A DNA stretch of 64,000 bases, from contig CDRNVI010000196.1 in the NCBI GenBank assembly GCA_977017575.1, positions 2,538-66,537 of the forward strand, read 5' to 3'. Of this stretch, positions 54,703 through 64,000 are shown piece by piece. Each line of letters starts with the position of its first letter. The first letter of the stretch is position 1. The DNA comes from Paramoeba atlantica (taxonomy: Eukaryota > Protista > Discosea). The translations under genes and the position numbers were made by a program. The notes beneath the pieces are model-generated. The model searched no databases. It was not told where the DNA came from and saw nothing but the letters and a program-made list of their open reading frames with translations.

Positions 54703-57219
54703 ATGATTCACTTTTTGCTGGTCTCTTCTCTTTTCTTTTTTTCTTTTTTGGTGTTGAATGGTGACCAAACAAATAGTTTTCTCTTTTGTTTGTTTTTTGT
54801 CCAGTACACGGAGCTTCAAGTGCTGAGACACAAGGTTTTCTCTCTTTCTCTCTCTCTCTTTTTCTCCCTCTCTCCTTTCCTTTCTCTCTTCCCCTTTTCT
54901 CTCTCTCTTTCTCATAATCTTTTGAAAAGCTTTGACCAATTTTTACACTTCAACAAATGGCGCAAATTGGACATTCAACAAAGGATGGTTGAGTGGTGAT
55001 CCTTGTTCTGGTAATTGGCTTGGTGTTGGATGTAGTCAAAACTCCAATGTTATCTTTTTGTATGTTCCTTTTTTTCTTTTTTCTTTTTTGATATTTTCTT
55101 TTTTTTTCTTTTGGTTTTTTGTTCAAAGTGTTTTTTTGTTCTCTTTTTTCTCTCTCTTGTTCTCATTTTTTATTCAATTTTTCAAAAGGAGTTTGAGACA
55201 AAACAATTTAGTTGGAACAATTCCCTCTGATTTTGGATCTCTGTCAAATTTGACCCGCTTGTATGCGTTTTTTCTTTTTTTTCTTCCTTTTTTTCTTGAT
55301 TCTTTTTCATTTTATTATTTCAAATTATGTTTTTATCAATATATTGATTCCTATAAAAAATTGATCCTTTTTTATAGGAATTTGGAGGACAATTCTTTGT
55401 ATGGCGACGTTCCTTCTTCTTTTTCCCAACTTACAAACTTGGAGAATTTGTATTTTTTTTTTTTTTAAAAACAATTTATTTCGATAATCTAAATTATCTT
55501 CCTTTTGGTTCTGTGAATAATTCTTGTTTTTTCTTTTCTTTTCTTTATTCTTTCTTTTTGATAGGGTTCTTACTTCAAATTCATTGAGTGGAGAAATTTT
55601 TGAAATTCTTGGATCAACAACTCAATTGGGTCTCATGTATATTTTTCTTTTTCTTTTTCTTTTCTTTTTCTCTTTCTTTTGTGATTCATTAAAAATGAAA
55701 AAAAAAGATTTTTCGCCCACAACAAGTTTACAGGAACGATCCCCACTCAAATCGGGAACACATTTCTTTTTGACTTGTAAGATTTTTCATTTCTTTTATT
55801 TATTCTTCATTTTTTTCTGTTCTTTTTTTCAAGTGATTTTCATTGTTTTGTCTTCTTTCCTCCTTTCTCATTTTTCTCTTCAAATCATTTTAGGTATTTG
55901 GAGCATAACTCTTTCTCTGGATCAGTTCCGACTACACTTGGAACATTAGGAAATGGAGGACTTTTCGATATGTTTGTTATTTGTTATTTTTGTTTTTATA
56001 TTTGTTTCTAAAACTAAATGGGCTCAATTATCTTTCTTTTCTGCTTTCTCTTTTTCTTTGTTTCTCCCTTTTTTCTTTTCTTTTCTTTTAGTTACCTCAA
56101 TCATAACCAATTGTCGGGATCACTCCCAACTGAAATAGGGCTCCTTACAAATGCTTTTGATCTGTTATTTTTTCTCTTTTATTATAAAGCTATTTTTAAG
56201 TTTTAATTTTTCACTAATGTCTTTTTTCTTTTCTTTTCTTTTAGTTACCTCAATGATAACCAATTATCAGGATCACTTCCAACTGAAATAGGGAATTGGC
56301 AGAATATTTTTCAAGTGTATTTCTTTCTTTCAGTTATTCTTGTTGTTGTTTTTGTTTTAATACAAAAAGAGAGAAAAAAAGCAATAGAAGAAAAGAGAAA
56401 TTTGAAGAGAAATTTTTTTTTGTTTGATTTTTTTTTTTCATTCTTTCTCTCTTTTCTTTTTTTATAGACGTTTGCATAACAACCAATTCTCTGGCTCACT
56501 TCCAACTGAAATTGCAAATATTAGTCCTTTTGAAATGTACAATTTTCATTCTTTTCTCCCTCTTTCTTCTCATTTCTTTATTAACTTATTCTTTTTTAGG
56601 AGTCTCAATAACAACGCATTTGAAGGAGATATTCCTGCAATGAGTTCACCTTTTAGATTGTATGATATTTCTTTCAAATTTCTCTCTCTAACCGCTTTTT
56701 TTTTTTGTTCTCTTATGATTTTTTCTTTCTTTCTGATCTTTCTTTTAGATTTATGCAACACAACAAATTTACAGGAACATTTCCACAATCTCTCTTCGAT
56801 ACTTTTACTTTGTATAATTTTTTTTTTTTAAATTTAATTATTTTCTTTTATGTCTTCTTTTTCAATTTAAAATTTCCTTTCCCTTGTTCTTCTCTTTCCT
56901 CTTTTCTTTTGCTTAGGGATCTTTCTCATAATTCACTGAAAGGAACAATTCCATCAAGCCAGTTTGGTCCTGTAAATTTGTAATTTCCTTTTTAAACTTT
57001 TTTTACAATTCCTTCAACATCCTAAAAAAAAATGTGATCAGGCGAGCAGCAAATAATTTTTTCAGTGGTTCAATTGAAAATGCTGATTGGCTTTGTGAAG
57101 TTGAATATCTTGATCTGAGTGGCAATTTCATTGAATGTCCCCTTCTATCTTGTTGTTCTGAAAAGGGGAATGGTGGTTGTGTTATGAGTCCTGATCTCCC
57201 ATGCTATCCTTCTTCATAG
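54703..57219 (+). CDS. Secreted LRR protein (plant-type LRR with N-cap, about 12 repeats, no TM)
   Basis: [19 protein letters not shown]|VHGASSAETQ|ALTNFYTSTNGANW..GDPC..WLGVGC, then ~72-nt exons each encoding one repeat (e.g. YLNHNQLSGSLPTEIG), a Cys-rich C-cap and TAG at 57217-57219. Confidence 0.85.
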
Positions 57220-57432
57220 TTTTTTCTTCTTTTTTCCTTTTTTTTGAATAAAATTGACTGTTATCTTTCATGTGATTAGTTCCAAATCTTCTGGACAATC
57301 TCATTTCCATTCGAGAAAATGAAAAATGAGAACTTCACTCTAAAACGAAGGCGCTAAAAGTTCTGTTGCTTTTTTATTTTCGGAGGAAACGGGAAGAAAA
57401 AAGGAGAAGAAGAACAAGAGGAGGAGGGGATT

Positions 57433-57765
57433 GTGTCGAAGATCTATCAAAGTTTAGATGACTTATTGGCTTGTCGTATCCTGGCAACAGACTGGCGACA
57501 ATTTGGGATATGTGACATTCACTTTGCGATAACCAGCAACTTGCGACAACGAGTCCGTTTGATTGAAAATAATACAAAGGAGGTTCCTATTTTTGGGATA
57601 AGGAGGATCCTTTTCTCAGTTTCTGTCACCCGTTTTCTGAACTTTTATTTGTCTGTTTTCGTCTCTCTCTCCTATTTGGATTGGTTCAACGGTTTGTGTA
57701 TTCTTCCAGAGGGAATTAAGAAGATCAACTTCACCAAATCAAAAAACTCTCTTTCAAGAAAAGGC
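57433..57765 (+). pseudogene. Possible F-box/FNIP-like fragment in frame upstream of an ankyrin gene
   Basis: IVSKIYQSLDDLLACRILATDW (F-box-like) and WFNGLCILPEGIKKINF (FNIP-like). There is no in-frame ATG. The resemblance is weak and by eye only. Confidence 0.3.
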
Positions 57766-59003
57766 ATGACTGACGTTTCGCAAAATCTTTTTGCTGCGAT
57801 TGGTGAGGGAGATGAACGACTTGTGAAAGATCTTCTTCAAAAACAAGAAAGCATTCTGAACTTTCAAACTGAGGTTTTTTTCTTTTTGTTTCTTTCTTTC
57901 TTTCGAGTTTGTTTGATTGGTTGCTGTGATAGTCCGGATTTTCCCCTTTTCATCAAGCTGCTTTGGTCGGTAGAGAAGAAATTGCGAAAATTTTGGTTCA
58001 ATATGGCGCTAAGATTGATATTCAAAAAGAAGTTTTGATTCTTTTTTTTTCTTGACATTCTCTTTTGTTTTGAAATGGGTGTTGTTAATTGTTGATTCCT
58101 TTTTTTTGTGAAGGATGGGGTGGTTCCTCTCCACCTCGCTGCTGAATTGCGCAGAGAAGAAATGGTGAAATTTTTGATTGAGGATGGAGCAAAGATTGAT
58201 ATTCAAGACAATGTTTTGATTCTTTTTTTTTCTTGTCCTTCTCTTTTGTTGAAAACAAAAGAACCAAAGGAGTGTTGTTTTGTTTGTTTGTCGGTCTAAT
58301 CTCATTTTCTTTTCTTTGTTTTTGCTGGTTTGTGTTAGGAAGGATTTACCCCTCTCCACTATGCTGCGCTTGAAGGTTTTGAAGACATCACGGAAATTTT
58401 GGTTAAACATGGAGCTAATCTTGATCTTCAAGATCAAGTTTTTATTTTTTATCTTTTTTTATTGATGTTCTATTTTGTATTCACACAAACAACAAACAAC
58501 ACTCCATCTTTTGATCTTTTCTGTTGACACTCCCCCAATTCAAAACAATCTCAAATATTGTCTCATTTTCTTTTCTTTTCTTAATTTTATTGATTTGGAA
58601 TTTAGAATAAAGCTACCCCTCTTCATTATGCTGCTGAAGAAGGTTTTGAAGAAATTGTGGAACTTTTGGTTTCACATGGAGCAAAGATTGATATTCAAAA
58701 TGAAGTATTTTGATTTTATCTTTGTTGACATTATTTGAAAGTGTTTTTAATGTTTGGATTGATTGGTTGATTGATTTGTAGTGTGAGGATGGAGTGTGGA
58801 TATTTTTTTTTAAAACTCTTATTAGGATTATCAAACAGTCTTTGAGATTGCAAAAAATCAACAAATTGTTGAATTGATCAACGCATTAAACGTTTGATTT
58901 TCCCTTTTTATTTTCTTTTCACATTTTTTGAATTTTAATCTTCATTTTTTTTTGATCACAGAGGAAAAATATCAAACCAGCAAAAATTGCTGGTTTGAAC
59001 TGA
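57766..59003 (+). CDS. Ankyrin repeat protein, paralog 5
   Basis: MTDVSQNLFAAIGEGDERLVKDLL, four repeat exons (e.g. DGVVPLHLAAELRREEMVKFLIEDGAKIDIQDN), ending RKNIKPAKIAGLN*. Confidence 0.85.
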
Positions 59004-59057
59004 AAAGTTTAAATAAATCAAAAGGTTTCCTCTTAAAATTTTGGATCAAAATTGATA

Positions 59058-59825
59058 TCAACCATTTTTCTCTTCAAAACCCTCCTTTTTCAGGAACAAG
59101 TATTGCGGGAACCCAGTTGACGTGAAAGAAATAGAACATGAGACCAAACTGGCTGTGGCATCATCACTCACACGCTCATTACTCCAAACAGAAAGTGATG
59201 CAACAAATCCGAGTTCCAGAGTTCCAAGAAAATACCAGAAGATTGGAACCCAAGGTTGAGAGAAAAAATAATTCAAGACCATCAGAATAAAGATAGCAAA
59301 AGAAGAGATGATTCCAACAACCAACACAATTAATCGAGTTGATGTGGGCCTGTGAGCATATGGTTCTGGGAGATTGTCTTCATCACTGTTAGGAAGACAA
59401 TGAAACTAAGGAAGTTGTTGAAACTTGTTCATAACTCCAGGATCGTCAAATTGATATGAATGAAGCTCTGAATCCTCCCAAAAGAAGTCAAGAAATTGAT
59501 CTTCTCCAAATTGGATGGCTCCTCTTTTTTGAGTCGGAACACTTTTGCAAGGAAGGAAAATTACTTTGTCTGATGAAGTGAGATCAAGAAGGAAGATTTT
59601 ACCAGATAACCCAATCCCAGTAGCTGGTATAAGTGAATAAATCACTACTTCTTGAGTTCCAAAAGTGATGAGGTTGAGAGATTGAGAACAAACAAGTGGG
59701 ATTGCGAAAGATTTTTCAGGCTTGAAAGAGGGGGTGCGGGCAATAGTTGGGAGGAACCCATTCATGAAGAAGAACCCAAACATGATGTAATACCAATAGA
59801 ATTGAAAGGTCTGCAGACAAAACAT
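59058..59825 (-). pseudogene. Intronless membrane-protein-like frame interrupted by one in-frame TAG
   Basis: ORFs 59406-59825 and 59058-59327 share a frame. The only interruption is TAG at 59406-59408. The C-terminal part has two hydrophobic helices. No family recognised. Confidence 0.35.
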
Positions 59826-59880
59826 GTAGAGTAGTAAAGGAGTTTTTATTGCCTTTTTATCAAAATCTTAGTTGATTATT

Positions 59881-60730
59881 GCACACGAGCAATGTGCGCT
59901 ACTCTGAAGACACTTGGCTCTATTCGTTTGATCCGACTCTTGATCTTCTCCAAGTCAATTCCCAATCTCCTTCAAGTTGACCCTTGGTCTCCTCCAAGTC
60001 GACCTTCTGTGAATCTAAATAAAGAACACCATTGATGATGTCATCAGGAAGTTTCTCGCTTTTTCGTGAGACTTCTGAGGACTGCTCTTCAGTTGTCCAT
60101 TCAACATATTTCTGACACGCCTTCTTTAGTCTGTACCAAAGTAGACGTGTTCATTGGTGATGCCGGTTTTGATTTTCGGAACTCACACTCACTTTCGATA
60201 CTGAGATTGAACATTTGTTCTTTGAATTGAAACAACAACAGTGCCTTGTTTTCGCGAACAAACATTCTGGTGAAGTTTTTTCCTGGAGGCCAGGTTTCCT
60301 CTGCACACGAGCAATGTGCGCTACTCTGAAGACACTTGGCTCTCTGCTCTATTCGTTTGATCCGACTCTTGATCTTCTCCAAGTCAATTCCCAATCTCCT
60401 TCAAGTCGACCCTTGGTCTCCTCCAAGTCGATCTTCTGTGAATCTAAATAAAGAACACCATTGATGATGTCATCAGGAAGTTTCTCGCTTTTTCGTGAGA
60501 CTTCTGAGGACCGCTCTTCAGTTGTCCATTCAACATATTTCTGACACGCCTCCTTTAGTCTGTACCAAAGTAGACGTGTTCATTGGCGACGCCGGTTTTG
60601 ATTTTCGGAACTCACGCTCACTTTCGATACCGAGATTGAACATTTGTTCTTTAAATTGAAACAACAACAGTGCCTTGTTTTCGCGAACAAACATTCTGGT
60701 GAGGTTTTCTCCTGGAGGCCAGGTTTCCTC
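59881..60730. repeat. Subtelomeric tandem duplication, two ~425-bp copies
   Basis: gcacacgagcaatgtgcgctactctgaagac starts at 59881 and 60303. The copies differ by scattered SNPs and a 7-bp indel. Confidence 0.9.
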
Positions 60731-60907
60731 ACAACAACCGATCTTCTACTTTCGATCGTTTATCTTCTTTTTGAGTCGGCTATTTTTCCACCAATTGGTT
60801 TTTTGAGCGAGCGACTTTTCTTTTTTTTTAACTTTAAGCACCAGTTTTCCCATTGGGTTTTTCTACTGCTCTGAGCCCATTGTATTGTATTCTTCGATTT
60901 CATCTAA

Positions 60908-61632
60908 TTAGGGTTTAGGGTTTAGGGTTTAGGGTTTAGGGTTTAGGGTTTTAGGGTTTAGGGTTTAGGGTTTAGGGTTTAGGGTTTAGGGTTTAGGGTT
61001 TAGGGTTTAGGGTTTAGGGTTTAGGGTTTAGGGTTTAGGGTTTAGGGTTTAGGGTTTAGGGTTTAGGGTTTAGGGTTTAGGGTTTAGGGTTTAGGGTTTA
61101 GGGTTTAGGGTTTAGGGTTTAGGGTTTAGGGTTTAGGGTTTAGGGTTTAGGGTTTAGGGTTTAGGGTTTAGGGTTTAGGGTTTAGGGTTTAGGGTTTAGG
61201 GTTTAGGGTTTAGGGTTTAGGGTTTAGGGTTTAGGGTTTAGGGTTTAGGGTTTAGGGTTTAGGGTTTAGGGTTTAGGGTTTAGGGTTTAGGGTTTAGGGT
61301 TTAGGGTTTAGGGTTTAGGGTTTAGGGTTTAGGGTTTAGGGTTTAGGGTTTAGGGTTTAGGGTTTAGGGTTTAGGGTTTAGGGTTTAGGGTTTAGGGTTT
61401 AGGGTTTAGGGTTTAGGGTTTAGGGTTTAGGGTTTAGGGTTTAGGGTTTAGGGTTTAGGGTTTAGGGTTTAGGGTTTAGGGTTTAGGGTTTAGGGTTTAG
61501 GGTTTAGGGTTTAGGGTTTAGGGTTTAGGGTTTAGGGTTTAGGGTTTAGGGTTTAGGGTTTAGGGTTTAGGGTTTAGGGTTTAGGGTTTAGGGTTTAGGG
61601 TTTAGGGTTTAGGGTTTAGGGTTTAGGGTTTA
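60908..61632 (+). repeat. Telomeric (TTTAGGG)n array, about 103 units
   Basis: Near-perfect TTTAGGG with one extra T near 60950. The G-rich strand points rightwards, so the chromosome end is at about 61632. Confidence 0.98.
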
Positions 61633-61638
61633 TCGTTT

Positions 61639-62484
61639 ATGGCTGCTCCAATAACGTCACCTGCTTTACAAGCAACCAATCAAGCACAGCGAATTGCAGC
61701 AGCACAACGTGAAGCGACATTCAATAGCATACTGCAAAATACATTGCCGATGACACCATCGCAAATCAAACGTTTGCACCGTATGTATGATAAGACGCAA
61801 CAAGCAGCAGAATCACCAGCAAACGTGCCACCATCTCCAACATCAACAACATTAGCAGTGGATTTGTCTCCGGGCGCAGTACCACCCGTGATTCGTTTAT
61901 CGCAAGGGTTTGTTACGTCCATGGTGTTTGTCGATTCCACTGGCGCGCCTTGGCCAATAGAAGCGTATGATTTAGGCAATCCAAAGGCGTTTAATATTCA
62001 ATGGGATAAAAAGAATACGTTAATGGTGCAAGCAATGAATCCATATATGTATGGTAATATCGCGATTAAATTGCGTGATCAACCGATCCCTGTGATGGCA
62101 ACGTTAGTACCTGGACAGCGTATAGTGGATTATCGGGTTGATTTGCGCGTCAGCGGCTATGGCCCTAATGCTAATAGTCAACAGCTTCAAGAAAGTCGTT
62201 TACCCAGCAGTGCTGATCCAACATTGCTAAGTGTATTAGATGGTGTACCACCTGCTGACAGCCAAACAGTGCATGTTGATGGTGGTGACGCACAAGCATG
62301 GCGAGTTGGTAGTAAAGTATATTTACGAACACATTATAATGTGTTGTCACCAGCATGGTTAGCTAAAATGTCCAGCGCTGATGGTACCAATGCGTATCTC
62401 ATGTCTATGGTGCCGATCATATTAGTTGAGCGTAGTGGTAAAACCACTCAGTTAAATTTGCGGGGTTTGCATGATGATGGGTAA
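61639..62484 (+). CDS. icmK: Bacterial Dot/Icm T4BSS core protein IcmK (DotH), probably N-terminally truncated at the junction
   Basis: PMTPSQI, DLSPGAVPPVIRLSQGFVTSMVFVDSTGAPWPI, FNIQWDK, GQRIVDYRVDLRVSGYGPNA and SPAWLAKMSSADGTNAY closely match Legionella IcmK as I recall it. No signal peptide is present. Confidence 0.92.
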   Translation: MAAPITSPALQATNQAQRIAAAQREATFNSILQNTLPMTPSQIKRLHRMYDKTQQAAESPANVPPSPTSTTLAVDLSPGAVPPVIRLSQGFVTSMVFVDSTGAPWPIEAYDLGNPKAFNIQWDKKNTLMVQAMNPYMYGNIAIKLRDQPIPVMATLVPGQRIVDYRVDLRVSGYGPNANSQQLQESRLPSSADPTLLSVLDGVPPADSQTVHVDGGDAQAWRVGSKVYLRTHYNVLSPAWLAKMSSADGTNAYLMSMVPIILVERSGKTTQLNLRGLHDDG

Positions 62485-63740
62485 ATCACGGCAAATCGCA
62501 GGCATGTTAAAAAATGTAAAAGCACGTACGTTGTTTTTTATTACCGGTGGGATCATTACATTTGGTTTGTTCTTAGCAATAGTTGGTCTGCGAGGTGGTG
62601 ATGAATCAGCAACTGTTAATCAAGCGAGTGCAAATTTACCCACAGCGCCACGCATTACCGATGAACCAGACGTATTAGCACAGCGTACAGTCTCACAACA
62701 GCGTGCTAGGTTGATCAAAGAAGCGAATGATCAAGCGGTATGGAATGCTGCGCGTCAAGGCGGTAGTGCATTGGTGACACCGTTTAATCAAACAGTATCG
62801 CTGCAAGGGCAAGATATTCAACAATATCAGCAACAACAGATACAGCAACAATTATATCAATTAATTCGTAAGGCACAACAAACCAAACCAGCAATGTCTA
62901 ACACGCAACCTGCGAGAGTTGCGTCAGTTAATGCAAATGTTGTTAATCCTAGATTACCTACACACGTTACCAGTGAAGACGACAATAGTATTTTAGGGTT
63001 TGAAAGCAATCCTAGTGCAATGACAGCGGAGGTAAAGCAATTGTTGTCTTCGTGGAATCCAACGGCACAGCAATATGTAGAAGTACCGAATAAAGCAGCT
63101 AATCAACAAGGTAATGTAACTGGACAAGCAGCTAGTGGGAATCTGCTTAGCGTGAAAGCACCATTATTACAAGCCGGTACAATTTTATTTGGGGTACTGC
63201 AAACACAAGTCAATACGGATCAACCAAGCCCAGTCATGGCAACTATTGAAACGGGACCTTACAAAGGGGCAAAATTATTAGGCAGTTTACAAGCTGCTGG
63301 TAAACATGCCAAAGGTGTTGTATTACAATTTAATACCATGACATTACCTAACTATAAAAATAGTATTAGCATTAATGCAGTGGCGATTGATCCTAATTAC
63401 CGCGCGTACCGCATTGGCCAGTGATGTTGATCATCACTATTTATTGCGTTATGGAGCATTATTTTCTGCGCTATTTATGTCAGGGCTTGGACAGGCAGTG
63501 GCATTATCAGGGCAGACAACCGTCAATAGTACCTTTGGAGGCAGTACCAGCGTGCTGCAAAATTTAAATACAACCGATAAACTATTATATGCACTAGGTA
63601 ATGTCGGTACCAAAGCCAGTAGCGAAGTATCTGACTTGTATAATCGGCCAACAACGATTACTGTGAATTCAGGTACAGGTATTGGTATTTTATACATGCG
63701 TGATGTGCCTGCGCCCGCACCTAGTCAATTGCACTCATGA
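62471..63740 (+). CDS. icmE: IcmE (DotG; TrbI/VirB10-like), compact, split by a +1 frameshift near 63397
   Basis: N-terminal TM; AGTILFGVLQTQVNTDQPSPVMATI..GAKLLG; AIDPN/TARTALASDVDHHYLLRYGALF; RPTTITVNSGTGIGILY. Its start overlaps the icmK stop. Confidence 0.88.
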
Positions 63741-63747
63741 GGCAGCG

Positions 63748-64000
63748 ATGACAGACGATCCACATAAACAGGATGACAGCAACTTTAATGATGATGAATT
63801 ATTTGATGGCCTGACTGACGAAGATTATAACATCGATGATGAATCCACAGCTGAAGAACTAGATGATGAGTTATCGAGTGGCTATGTGCATGAATCGATT
63901 GATGATGAAGAACTGTATAATTATCAAGATGAAGAGCATCCCAGTGATGCTGATGAACCGACATATCCAGCAAAAGCAGCTGGAATCGGTGGACTCATTG
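63748..64000 (+). CDS. icmG: Acidic N-terminus of the next operon gene, probably IcmG (DotF); runs off the window
   Basis: ATG 7 nt after the icmE stop, preceded by GAGG; MTDDPHKQDDSNFNDDELFDG... is very acidic. The symbol rests on the conserved icmK-icmE-icmG gene order. Confidence 0.6.
   Translation, partial: MTDDPHKQDDSNFNDDELFDGLTDEDYNIDDESTAEELDDELSSGYVHESIDDEELYNYQDEEHPSDADEPTYPAKAAGIGGLI

Noticed and set aside
59406-59408. Alternative genetic code (TAG reassigned)
   Set aside because: Well-supported genes here end in TAA, TGA and TAG and have no internal stops.
61633-64000. Calling the Dot/Icm genes a confirmed host horizontal transfer
   Set aside because: Their position distal to a correctly oriented telomere, the abrupt truncation, intact operon spacing and a single indel fit a chimera better. 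Reported only as a testable finding.

Overview
Intron-rich, AT-rich eukaryotic chromosome end. It is most likely a free-living amoeba (Amoebozoa); this is inferred from a Dictyostelium-like histone H3, EGF/PPC-type and FNIP-like proteins, and a Legionellales-type partner. Introns are canonical GT-AG and filled with sense-strand (CT)n/poly-T tracts, so most ORFs in the six-frame track are low-complexity artefacts; I spliced the genes by hand and exon limits are approximate. Host genes in order: 3' end of a membrane protein, SPRY-like protein, C2/coiled-coil tail-anchored protein, HS2ST-like sulfotransferase, a 12-kb gene with two tandem kexin-like modules both lacking the catalytic triad, five ankyrin genes (one repeat per exon), a bacterial-type DUF4331 protein, an LRR-transmembrane-PARP receptor-like gene, Ulp1/SENP, ACBP, histone H3, SAHH, CDC48, an intronless methyltransferase, an EGF/PPC-like protein and a secreted LRR protein. 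Subtelomeric repeats and about 103 TTTAGGG repeats follow (60908-61632). Directly beyond the telomere lies bacterial DNA with Dot/Icm type IVB secretion genes icmK-icmE-icmG, probably a symbiont chimera. Best leads: (1) an LRR receptor whose cytoplasmic effector is an H-Y-E PARP domain instead of a kinase; (2) the double pseudo-kexin; (3) repeated tandem duplications straddling splice sites; (4) the telomere-Dot/Icm junction.
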